Positions 29,066 through 37,411 of a stretch of 64,000 nt of DNA are shown here, piece by piece (the stretch's first letter is position 1; every line of letters starts with the position of its first letter). The stretch lies in the sequence record LR756511.1; one strand, written 5' to 3'. Both the position numbers and the translations under genes were made by a program. The notes below the pieces were generated by a model. The model saw only the letters and a program-made list of their open reading frames with translations, did no database searches and was not told the DNA's origin.

Positions 29066-31531
29066 ATGGCAGCTACTGTCTACACAATTACAGGCTCAGG
29101 CACATCGTCTAACCAAACTCGTCTTTACACCCTTAATACTACCAATGGGCAAACAACCCTTATTGGAGATACAGGAAAACCTGGAGCGGTAGCACTAGCA
29201 ATCCATCCAGTTACAGGCGTGTTGTACATGTATGTTAGCGCCAACAATAATTCTACTGATGCTGGGCTATACAGCCTCAACAAAAGTAATGCCACTCCCA
29301 CTTTAATTGGTAGTTCTGGCACTGGTAAAAGCTATGCCGATATGAGCTTTAATCTTGCTGATAATACATTATATGCGATTGACTCAACTAGCGGAAATCT
29401 CGATACCATTAACATCTCAACAGGTGCCACCGCAACCTTTCATGCAAGTGCTGGTTCTGGTTTTGTATTTGGTTTGGCTTTCGACCGAAACAATACATTG
29501 TGGTTCAAAGATGGCAACATTGCCCTGTATAACATCGTCCTTAGTCCATATGCAAAGAATTTCGTCGTAAATATTTCGAATCCATTCAACGGCAATACGA
29601 TGAACAACTGTTTAGCGTTTGATGAAAACAATATCATGTACAGTCTCAATCGCTTTAGTTCTTCACGAACGGACTTCTACACTATAAATGCTTCGACAGG
29701 TGTTGCAACATTACTTGGTGAAAATACAACAAGCGGTCACTTTTCCGCAATTGCAGTAGACTACCAAAGCGGAGTTGCTAGCGGTGACATTACATTCGCT
29801 GGTATCCATAGCTTAGAAAATTGGGGCACCCCAAGCATGTCAACAACAGGTGCTACACCAACGGTCAACAGCTTCAACTTATACACCGCTAATCTTGATA
29901 ACTATAAGATTAAATGGATGAGCATTGATAGCACTTATGTATATGTATTGCCACAGGACTATTATGCCACTCACACAACCACACAAAGAGCAAGTGTTAT
30001 TTATAGACACTTACAGAGTGATTTGTCACTATATGACACAACAACATATAACGTAGCTACAGATTACACGCCAGTAGATTCGATTGACTATAATGCTACC
30101 GATACACATGCTTATTCTCACGTAACTTCTTATGGTAATACTTCACACACTGGCGCAGCCACATTCCAAGTAGTCAAATGGGACACAAGCACGACTCCAA
30201 TGACTTTGTTAAGCACTGGAGGCTTCCCTGTTGATTTAAGTTCTACAATCAACACGGCAATGCCAAACAGTCCAGCGTCATCGGTAGTCACGCAACATTG
30301 CACCTACCTTGATAAAACCAACGGATACCTTTACATTGGTTACTATTACAGCGGTAGCGCTACTAGCAATACCGCTATAGTAGTACAGGTCAATCTAAGC
30401 ACTGGCGCCATTGGCACAATGACCGTTCCTAACACTACGAACGTGGTGCCGCAAATAAGGTCTATCACATGCGATGAAACTAATAATATAGTTTACTTTA
30501 TTGACGCTGGTAATTACTTTGTGTTTAAGTTTAACGGATCAACCTTAGCACAAATTGGCTCTAAGTTGGATTTGTCTACGCTTATCACACAAGGCGTGAT
30601 GACTGTAATTTATTCCAGTAACTTCAACACTTTATATGTCATAGACTACGGAACATACCACCTTATAGATGCGGGAACACCAACTGGCTCCATGACATAT
30701 GGCAGTCACCATACGCCTACAGTGCCCGTTGGCATTCCAAGACAAGATAATTTCTTGGCTTACCAAGTGCCATTCGGCGGTTATTACTTCTATTATAATC
30801 TTTCTGATGATAATTCGTTTGATTACATTCAGAAGGTAGATACCGTAGGACCATCATTCGTCGGACAGATGCAACTAGTTACAAATCCTTCGTATGCGTC
30901 CTCGCAACCACCATCAAGCGGTCTATATCGCTCTAACTCAATAGTAATAAATCCGACCACATACATCGGCTACACAACCATTTGGACCAGTAGCACAAGC
31001 GTTCAGGGTAGTTTGGTATCGTTCAACCTAAACGAGCCAGCAGGCGGCGGTGGAGGTGGCGATCCACACTTCGTAGGATTCGATGGAAAGGAATTCGACT
31101 ATCACGGCGAATCAGGCAAGAAATATTTACTCTATAAAGACGATGAAACAACCATTACAGCTTTATTTGAAGAAACAAAAGACCCTGATCTAGCTGGTAT
31201 GACTTTCATGAAGGAAATCACTATAAATCGTGACACTTACACACCAGATACCATTTGTCCTATGGATGACAGGGAGATTCAGGCTCAAACAGGTTTGGAC
31301 CGTGGCCTTCCATCTGTAATTGGCAATAAAATCGGCGGCTATGTTCTTGGACTAGAAAAGATTAAGTTCCCGAAGGGAACTCTCTTTCTAACAGCAATGG
31401 ATTCGACCACAGACCTTCACCTAAATCTCTCAATTCAAATGAATAGCAGAGACACCAAGGCCACAGGTATATTGGGACAGACATTGTTGCCAGTGGATGA
31501 ACGGGTTGCAAATGACACGTTCTCGTTATAA
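29066..31531 (+). CDS. putative receptor-binding/adhesin protein: beta-propellers plus C-terminal VWD-like domain
   Basis: repeated LY.LN..TG..TLIG blades; Gly linker followed by GDPHFVGFDG. Confidence 0.65.
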   Translation: MAATVYTITGSGTSSNQTRLYTLNTTNGQTTLIGDTGKPGAVALAIHPVTGVLYMYVSANNNSTDAGLYSLNKSNATPTLIGSSGTGKSYADMSFNLADNTLYAIDSTSGNLDTINISTGATATFHASAGSGFVFGLAFDRNNTLWFKDGNIALYNIVLSPYAKNFVVNISNPFNGNTMNNCLAFDENNIMYSLNRFSSSRTDFYTINASTGVATLLGENTTSGHFSAIAVDYQSGVASGDITFAGIHSLENWGTPSMSTTGATPTVNSFNLYTANLDNYKIKWMSIDSTYVYVLPQDYYATHTTTQRASVIYRHLQSDLSLYDTTTYNVATDYTPVDSIDYNATDTHAYSHVTSYGNTSHTGAATFQVVKWDTSTTPMTLLSTGGFPVDLSSTINTAMPNSPASSVVTQHCTYLDKTNGYLYIGYYYSGSATSNTAIVVQVNLSTGAIGTMTVPNTTNVVPQIRSITCDETNNIVYFIDAGNYFVFKFNGSTLAQIGSKLDLSTLITQGVMTVIYSSNFNTLYVIDYGTYHLIDAGTPTGSMTYGSHHTPTVPVGIPRQDNFLAYQVPFGGYYFYYNLSDDNSFDYIQKVDTVGPSFVGQMQLVTNPSYASSQPPSSGLYRSNSIVINPTTYIGYTTIWTSSTSVQGSLVSFNLNEPAGGGGGGDPHFVGFDGKEFDYHGESGKKYLLYKDDETTITALFEETKDPDLAGMTFMKEITINRDTYTPDTICPMDDREIQAQTGLDRGLPSVIGNKIGGYVLGLEKIKFPKGTLFLTAMDSTTDLHLNLSIQMNSRDTKATGILGQTLLPVDERVANDTFSL

Positions 31532-31533
31532 TT

Positions 31534-31570
31534 AAATAACAAAGGGGAGTTTAACTCCCCTTTGTTATTT
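31534..31570. terminator. bidirectional terminator (18-bp arms)
   Basis: aaataacaaaggggagtt-t-aactcccctttgttattt between convergent units. Confidence 0.85.
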
Positions 31571-31752
31571 CCCAGCACTAATGGCTATATGACCGTTCAA
31601 GCCACCCTTAACCCTTTTGAGGCTACGCTTTCACAGCTTTCACCGCATTTACGGGTCCAGTCGTCCCAACCGCTTCCGCGTCGGCAAACGGCACCATACC
31701 ATCCGAATAACGGTTAGTGCCGAGAAGGAATTCTGTAACCATATTCGGTTGA

Positions 31753-31923
31753 TTACAGAAAACTCAAAACTGCCAATAGAAGTGCCCCATAAACCAAAGC
31801 ACTAAGCCCAAGCACACAGCCGAATCCGTCCACCAAATCTCCAAGCCATATTCCCAAGAATAACACTAGAAACATACCTGGAAATAAGAATATAATTCCT
31901 AACGTGCGTAATAACTTACCCAT
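31753..31923 (-). CDS. small two-helix membrane protein (56 aa, not in the ORF track)
   Basis: MGKLLRTLGIIFLFPG...; ATGA overlap with the upstream stop. Confidence 0.5.
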   Translation of the reverse strand: MGKLLRTLGIIFLFPGMFLVLFLGIWLGDLVDGFGCVLGLSALVYGALLLAVLSFL

Positions 31924-32501
31924 CAAGGCTTACCTTTTGCCACTAATGTAAAATTAAACTTATATTTGTTGACTTTGACCATCTTGACTTCATGCTCATT
32001 GACGTTATTCATTATTCCATCTATCTTGTACTCACCAACAGCGCGCTTTAACGTTGGATTAAAGCGATGAATAACCTGTTCGATTAGTTGGTTCATATCT
32101 TCTCGATATAAAGCATTAACAGTCATGCAATAACTAATGTGTATCTTATTATCAAATACGCCTAACCCGTCATTATAAATATTGACAAGCGGTAAATGAA
32201 TTTTATCTTTTACAAAGTCGCTAACCATTGCAATAAGTGAAGTTCGTCGTTCCATTGCGGTATTGGCAAGCTCGTCATTCCCCCAAACTACAGGAACGGT
32301 CCAATCATCTCCTTCCTCATCTATAAGCACCAAGTTGCGGAACTCGTTCATTGTTGCTTCATCGCACTTCTTAATGAATTTGGAATACTTATACTTTTCA
32401 TCCTGTTCATTAGCCAAAGGCAATTCTTCTGGCTTCTTGGCACCCATGCCCAAAAATGCCATCATGCTTCCCAGCACGCTCATAAATGTCCGTCGATTCA
32501 T
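31923..32501 (-). CDS. twin-arginine leader plus compact T4 gp15-like (tail completion) domain
   Basis: MNRRTFM leader after GGAGG; VPVVWG, IHLPLVNI, YCMTVNALYREDMNQLIEQVIHRFNP parallel gp15. Confidence 0.7.
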   Translation of the reverse strand: MNRRTFMSVLGSMMAFLGMGAKKPEELPLANEQDEKYKYSKFIKKCDEATMNEFRNLVLIDEEGDDWTVPVVWGNDELANTAMERRTSLIAMVSDFVKDKIHLPLVNIYNDGLGVFDNKIHISYCMTVNALYREDMNQLIEQVIHRFNPTLKRAVGEYKIDGIMNNVNEHEVKMVKVNKYKFNFTLVAKGKP

Positions 32502-32502
32502 T

Positions 32503-32757
32503 TCAAACCTCCCAAGGGTAATCTTTCCCATAGAAACTATCGAAGTCATCGTCATCGTCACATATATTAAGATAGTCAGCGAAATGCAAACCGTGATTAA
32601 TTCTCGGTTCCCATTCCCTAGCCTTCTTAATACACATCAAATAGAACTTATGCAAATAGGCAGGCCACGATTTATTATCATAGCCCATATGTTTACACCA
32701 TTCGTCAAATATCTCTTTATCCGTCTTGCGTTTCTTCTTCCGTTGGCTCATCTTCAA
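32503..32757 (-). CDS. hypothetical protein
   Basis: ORF in a coupled array. Confidence 0.5.
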   Translation of the reverse strand: MKMSQRKKKRKTDKEIFDEWCKHMGYDNKSWPAYLHKFYLMCIKKAREWEPRINHGLHFADYLNICDDDDDFDSFYGKDYPWEV

Positions 32758-32986
32758 AGTCTTTCTTTATTGATGAAACCTCAAAGTCCATTGCTTCTCT
32801 AACATAGATTTTTTTCCCTCTGTATTCGACCATTGATTCTGCATATATATCCGTGAAGTCCACAAGAGAGGGCGGCTCAGGGAATAATACCACTTCTTGT
32901 AATTCTCCGTCAACCTCAACAGCTATTCCATAGTCGCAGCCAAGCAAAAATTCCTTTACTTCGGGCGTCATAATGAGTCCTTTCAC
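32717..32986 (-). CDS. hypothetical protein
   Basis: ORF in a coupled array. Confidence 0.5.
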   Translation of the reverse strand: MKGLIMTPEVKEFLLGCDYGIAVEVDGELQEVVLFPEPPSLVDFTDIYAESMVEYRGKKIYVREAMDFEVSSIKKDFEDEPTEEETQDG

Positions 32987-33207
32987 TCAGGCGGAACCTC
33001 ATAGGCAATTATTGGCGGGGGCGGCACCCATCCACTTAAATACCAGCCAATAATATTCCCTTCGTCTCCGAAAACAGTAAGGGGAGTGACCAACACTCCC
33101 CTCTTCTGACATTCTTCAACGTTTTCAACTACAACCTTCCAATTCTCTTCCATGTTGAATCTGCCATCAAATCGAAGAGAAATTTTAGGCACAATATCCA
33201 TACGCAT
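32983..33207 (-). CDS. hypothetical protein
   Basis: ORF in a coupled array. Confidence 0.45.
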   Translation of the reverse strand: MRMDIVPKISLRFDGRFNMEENWKVVVENVEECQKRGVLVTPLTVFGDEGNIIGWYLSGWVPPPPIIAYEVPPE

Positions 33208-33208
33208 T

Positions 33209-33586
33209 TTAGTAAAGCTTCAACTCTTTTGTGATCTTATCAATGTGTTCCGCATCATGTGGGCCAATAGCAAGACACGTTTTTGTGGGAACCCCATTAA
33301 ATTCTGTCTTACCACTATCCACAACCATATGAACCGTTAAACCCGCATCCCTGGCACGTTTGTAGACATCTACTAATGCCTCTTCACTGTCAACCTGTAA
33401 TGTGACTTTCGTGAAAGTCCCATGAATCCATTCCCGTTCTTCTGGACTAAGGAAAACAGTCCCATTGAAGAACTTCTGCACACGCTCCGATAGCCACATC
33501 ATCGAAGCATGACTACCCTGTGCTATCTCTTTACCCCTCCGCATCTTCAGGTCACGGCGTATCACTATCACTTGCTTTACGCTCAT
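33209..33586 (-). CDS. pth2: peptidyl-tRNA hydrolase type 2 (PTH2)
   Basis: KQVIVIRRDLKM..GK..AQ.SHA, KVTL, DSGKTEF.G.PT.TCLAIGP. Confidence 0.95.
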   Translation of the reverse strand: MSVKQVIVIRRDLKMRRGKEIAQGSHASMMWLSERVQKFFNGTVFLSPEEREWIHGTFTKVTLQVDSEEALVDVYKRARDAGLTVHMVVDSGKTEFNGVPTKTCLAIGPHDAEHIDKITKELKLY

Positions 33587-33887
33587 ATCTCATATCTGGA
33601 TAATCCAGATAATTTCCTTTCTCTGTCTCGTAAAATTGCCCATCCATTAACTTAATTCTCAAGTCATGGTGGCGAACATCATAGTCTTTATAGATACCTC
33701 GTCCCTTTTCATCAATCTTTACCGTTCCGTCTTCATTTCGCTCATAAATACGGAACACAATCTTCGTTTTGCTACATTCCACGATCTTTTGGCCGAAGCG
33801 ATTAACTCGGCCTGTATCAACGGCAGTATCGGGGTCAGGATAGATCAAAAGACAACCTTCGGTTCCTGCTGCTGGTTCACTTATCAT
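33552..33887 (-). CDS. hypothetical protein
   Basis: coupled ORF. Confidence 0.5.
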   Translation of the reverse strand: MISEPAAGTEGCLLIYPDPDTAVDTGRVNRFGQKIVECSKTKIVFRIYERNEDGTVKIDEKGRGIYKDYDVRHHDLRIKLMDGQFYETEKGNYLDYPDMRYERKASDSDTP

Positions 33888-34188
33888 AAATTCCTAGCAC
33901 CTGTTTAGCTGAATGTAATTGTCGAGCTTCGGTAAGACGCATCTGACACGCTTCACAATCAGGACAAAAGCAAGAGTGAGGACATTTCTTATCAGGCGGG
34001 GGAGCTAGTTTAGCCCATTCTTTCAAGTGATCCAACGTCTGTTCAGGATGCTCGTAAGAATAGCCTTGAAAGCCTTTCTTGCTGTGGTCAACAGGATTGA
34101 TTAAGCAATTATGCAAAAACTTAACAGTGTATTGAGCCTGCCGTAAAGCTGACTCTAACAGCACGACTTTAGCTTCATCGCTTGTCAT
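33877..34188 (-). CDS. hypothetical protein
   Basis: start MTSDEAK with GGAG RBS; the track extension across the tRNA is rejected. Confidence 0.5.
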   Translation of the reverse strand: MTSDEAKVVLLESALRQAQYTVKFLHNCLINPVDHSKKGFQGYSYEHPEQTLDHLKEWAKLAPPPDKKCPHSCFCPDCEACQMRLTEARQLHSAKQVLGIYDK

Positions 34189-34337
34189 TTTTTTGCAATC
34201 TCCACATTCCAATGACTTTTTCCATTCAAGCCGATCCATTTGTCGCTCCATTTCTTCTTCGGTTATTTGACCGTCTGTGCAGAGCGTAACATAATGGTCT
34301 AGAAGATTTCCTTTTGCGTATTCGTATTCTGTTTTAG

Positions 34338-34430
34338 TGGGCCGTGAGGGTTTCGAACCCCCGACTAAGGGATTATGAATCGCGGGTTGATAAACCCGTG
34401 TCCCCTGCTCTACCACTGAGCTAACGGCCC
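34338..34430 (-). tRNA. tRNA-Ile2 (CAU) with a 21-nt insertion in the anticodon loop
   Basis: GGGCCGT/ACGGCCC acceptor, GCTC/GAGC D stem, GGGGA/TCCCT anticodon stem, TTCGAAA T loop; removing 34379..34399 restores the loop CTCATAA. Confidence 0.85.
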
Positions 34431-34447
34431 TGTTCGTACATCTTGAT

Positions 34448-34690
34448 CTAGAGTTGCTTATAGACCCATTCGCCAGCTTTGCCCCAAATTGGACTATCCA
34501 ACTCGTCATTGGATGTGTGCAACTGAGGATAAATACGGCGACAGAGCAGTAGTTGGATTCTCTTCTCAGGGGATATTGGCTCTGTCCACTTCGGAACAGA
34601 TGTTGCTGCCTTTGCCTTCTTGGGAAGAAGGAAAGGAATAACAAGCACTCCAATAATTCTCTTAAGCCAACCGCGTCTTGTAAACATCAT
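34448..34690 (-). CDS. twin-arginine leader micro-protein with a capsid-like RRIYPQL motif
   Basis: TRRGWLK + hydrophobic stretch + AKA; KRIQLLLCRRIYPQL. Confidence 0.55.
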   Translation of the reverse strand: MMFTRRGWLKRIIGVLVIPFLLPKKAKAATSVPKWTEPISPEKRIQLLLCRRIYPQLHTSNDELDSPIWGKAGEWVYKQL

Positions 34691-35463
34691 GCGGCCCTCT
34701 TGAGTTCCTTAAAGATTTCCACCAGCGACCGTTGATCGGATTGCGCCGCTATAATTGGCTTAGTAACACTGTGCGTAATTGCGTATTTCCTGAATTGCTG
34801 TTCATTATTCAGGATCATCAAATAACGCATAATCAAACTATCTGTTGGCGGGAAGTCGCCTTGTAATACTACACACAATCTTTCAGTCATCCTGCCACGA
34901 TCATAGACTTTAGTTATACCGTGACCTGGGAATATTTGGTAAACTAAACCAGTCTTCCCTCTCACTGTCACATGACCGCGACGAATGAAATCCTTGAACT
35001 TATCATCGCCCAAAACCCTTCGTAACGTTTCTCTTGCTCGCATTTCCCGTGGGTCAGTCGTAAAGCCCAGCGGATTACATGACGAAAGAACGTTGGGCGC
35101 AACACGTTTGTCCAAAATCTCGCGGAGTTTTTCGGCAGCGGTTTTGGGCACTGAAACATCATAACCGCCAGTGGTTGTGATGTAATTAACCGCAGCATAA
35201 CCGTCGTAGACTCTAACCTGGACTGGTCCTTGAATATAATTGGTGTACGTATCTGAACAACTTGTTGCGGCAATTAAATTAACTCTATATTCGACATTTC
35301 TAAGTGTGGTTACATTATCGTTATATTGAATCCACGACGTATCAACCGCATTATTATATGTGACGGCAGACGTGGTGCCAGTAGTAAGCCACGTAAAATT
35401 ATTCGTGGCATACGTTCCTGCCGTCATTGTGCCAGTATTGCCGTAAAATGTTGCTAGCGCCAT
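34687..35463 (-). CDS. hypothetical protein; Thr/Tyr-rich N-terminus, C-terminal Cys-containing domain (possible E2-like)
   Basis: RLCVVLQGDFPPTDSLIMRYLMIL; coupled to a GG-ending protein. Confidence 0.55.
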   Translation of the reverse strand: MALATFYGNTGTMTAGTYATNNFTWLTTGTTSAVTYNNAVDTSWIQYNDNVTTLRNVEYRVNLIAATSCSDTYTNYIQGPVQVRVYDGYAAVNYITTTGGYDVSVPKTAAEKLREILDKRVAPNVLSSCNPLGFTTDPREMRARETLRRVLGDDKFKDFIRRGHVTVRGKTGLVYQIFPGHGITKVYDRGRMTERLCVVLQGDFPPTDSLIMRYLMILNNEQQFRKYAITHSVTKPIIAAQSDQRSLVEIFKELKRAA

Positions 35464-35750
35464 TTGTTTCTTACCTCATCAGCCATGACTTCCAGACCAT
35501 CCCAAGCATTTCCGTCACTAACGCGGGTCCAACCACAACCGCCGCCAAAAATCACATCGCTTATAGCGTCCGCAAACCCAACAAAGCGTCCGTACCAGTT
35601 GCATCTAGACTCAAATGCTGCCGCGACTTCCTCGTATGTTGTCATACTTGGAGTAGGAACCGTCCAATTGACTACTTCGCGGCCCAACTTAATTAACTGT
35701 TCGTCCGTAAGCGGACATTCATTGTTCATCTTACTTAAATCGTTATTCAC
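35454..35750 (-). CDS. hypothetical protein
   Basis: overlaps both neighbours. Confidence 0.5.
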   Translation of the reverse strand: MNNDLSKMNNECPLTDEQLIKLGREVVNWTVPTPSMTTYEEVAAAFESRCNWYGRFVGFADAISDVIFGGGCGWTRVSDGNAWDGLEVMADEVRNKWR

Positions 35751-36112
35751 TAACCACCTGCAACTTGTCCAATAGGTAAAAAGATAACTTCTTCGGCGTC
35801 TGGATCGAATTCATCCATGACTTCTGCCGTCGCCTTGCCGTCTGTGCCAACAAGATAGGGCACTAAGCCTTTGGCGATGCATTCATCGAACATAGCCTTT
35901 GCTTCGTCAATCTGGTCCATATCACGGCTATCCCAAACGATACGCTTATCGCCATCCTTGGGAGTAAGGAAACGGAAGGTCCGTTCCCACTTGTTTGCCG
36001 TCTCTTTATCCTTGAGAATCTTTAATTTCTCAGGAACAGCAATGCCAGCTTTAAGCGAGCTATTTTTGAGAACAGGAACTTCGATAAACCGTTCTTCGGC
36101 GGTAGCGTTCAT
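35750..36112 (-). CDS. C-terminal diglycine protein, probable beta-grasp (ubiquitin/ThiS/MoaD-like)
   Basis: beta-beta-alpha-beta-beta-beta pattern ending EVIFLPIGQVAGG-stop. Confidence 0.6.
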   Translation of the reverse strand: MNATAEERFIEVPVLKNSSLKAGIAVPEKLKILKDKETANKWERTFRFLTPKDGDKRIVWDSRDMDQIDEAKAMFDECIAKGLVPYLVGTDGKATAEVMDEFDPDAEEVIFLPIGQVAGG

Positions 36113-36121
36113 GGCTTCTCC

Positions 36122-36487
36122 TTATTGTTCGTCGCTGTTACGTCCAGCAATCTCGATCCATCGTTCACGGAAGTAATTGTCACGAATTAAGTCTTTATCA
36201 GACTTAATTATAACACCATCTCTGGTGCCATACTTGGATTTTTCTAGTTGTTTTGTAATTGGTTCTTTACTGCACGCAGATTTGGGGGGACAAACATCTT
36301 CGACAGGATCGCCGTGATTATATCGTCCATCATCTTGAATACGACCGTCCTTGATATATCTTTGGTGTCTATGTTTGCACATAGGACACTCAACCCATAC
36401 AACGCGGTTGTAATCCATCCTTAAACGAAAACGAATATAGGTGTGGCAATTGCCACAATACCATTCTTGGAAAACCTTGTCGTCCAT
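36122..36487 (-). CDS. zinc-ribbon hypothetical protein
   Basis: CGNC...CPMC.H.H. Confidence 0.55.
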   Translation of the reverse strand: MDDKVFQEWYCGNCHTYIRFRLRMDYNRVVWVECPMCKHRHQRYIKDGRIQDDGRYNHGDPVEDVCPPKSACSKEPITKQLEKSKYGTRDGVIIKSDKDLIRDNYFRERWIEIAGRNSDEQ

Positions 36488-36498
36488 TATAAGTCCCT

Positions 36499-36536
36499 TA
36501 AAAATAAATCCGTCCCCATTGCTAGGGACGGATTTA
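36499..36536 (-). terminator. intrinsic terminator downstream of the HNH gene
   Basis: 12-bp stem taaatccgtccc/gggacggattta followed by a T-run on the minus strand. Confidence 0.75.
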
Positions 36537-36543
36537 CCCTTCC

Positions 36544-37212
36544 CTAGCGTCCACGTTCGTTTTCACATTCTGAATCTAAATGGGGGCAAACCCCATTGTT
36601 AAAGTATCTCCCGCAATTGCAGTTCCAGCATAGCACCCGAAAACCATCTGGAAAATTGTTTTTAATCAGATAATTGCATATAGTTCCGTACTTTTTCTTG
36701 TAGTGTTTCCGATGTTCCGCACCATTTCCATCCTTGTGATCTATGGTCAGAAATCGAATATCGGACTCTTTACACCCTGAACATGCACAACATGGATTTA
36801 TTCCTCCATAATGAACAAGGACCGCTATTTTCTTTTTTAAATTATACGCTTTATGTCTTTCGCTTTCCAGTTTTCTACAATCGTTACAAAGTGTAGTAAC
36901 TGCATCATTTATAGCACACTTACTACACTTTCCTTCTTCCTTTAATCTTTGGCGGCGATTTTTACACAAGCTCCTTAAATTTAAAAGACACTTTTCACAA
37001 TATCTTTGCCCACTTTTAGGCTTTTCCCCGCAATTTGGGCATAAGCCTCCTTTGATGCGCTTATTTCTAGTTGTTTTATAAGGTATTGTTACTTCATTTG
37101 GACGACTGCACTGACGGCATTTAGGCCGATATTTATTTGTATCTTTGCGATAATCACAATAGCGTATTTTACATTTTTGGCATAATGGTTTATCTGCCTC
37201 TCCTGTTTGCAC
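36544..37212 (-). CDS. free-standing HNH-type (homing) endonuclease with Cys-rich N-terminus
   Basis: CACSGC..DIRFLTIDH..GNG...FRVLCWNCN. Confidence 0.75.
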   Translation of the reverse strand: MQTGEADKPLCQKCKIRYCDYRKDTNKYRPKCRQCSRPNEVTIPYKTTRNKRIKGGLCPNCGEKPKSGQRYCEKCLLNLRSLCKNRRQRLKEEGKCSKCAINDAVTTLCNDCRKLESERHKAYNLKKKIAVLVHYGGINPCCACSGCKESDIRFLTIDHKDGNGAEHRKHYKKKYGTICNYLIKNNFPDGFRVLCWNCNCGRYFNNGVCPHLDSECENERGR

Positions 37213-37411
37213 GCTCTGCCCTCCTTAAATCTTCCTCGCGCTCCTGGTCAACGACGACTAATTCAGGAGCGGTCTTATGACTATAAGAGTTAAAGCCAAC
37301 ATATTTTTTCTCTCTGGAACAACCAACACACGTCGTTGTATCTGGAAGAACTTCCAGACGCTCCGCAGGAATCGGATTCCCGCATTCTTCGCATAATTTT
37401 TCTTCGCTCAT
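37190..37411 (-). CDS. TraR/DksA C4-type zinc finger protein
   Basis: CEECGNPIPAERLEVLPDTTTCVGC. Confidence 0.85.
   Translation of the reverse strand: MSEEKLCEECGNPIPAERLEVLPDTTTCVGCSREKKYVGFNSYSHKTAPELVVVDQEREEDLRRAERANRRGR

Noticed and set aside
34379-34399. Group I intron or canonical BHB intron in tRNA-Ile2
   Set aside because: 21 nt is far too short for a ribozyme, and I could not draw a 3-4-3 bulge-helix-bulge; kept only as an unexplained insertion
33877-34653. 258-aa ORF in the track spanning tRNA-Ile2
   Set aside because: The N-terminal part overlaps the tRNA and another ORF; the real start is likely 34188. Similar extensions over tRNAs at 48796, 55882 and 63715 were also trimmed or dropped
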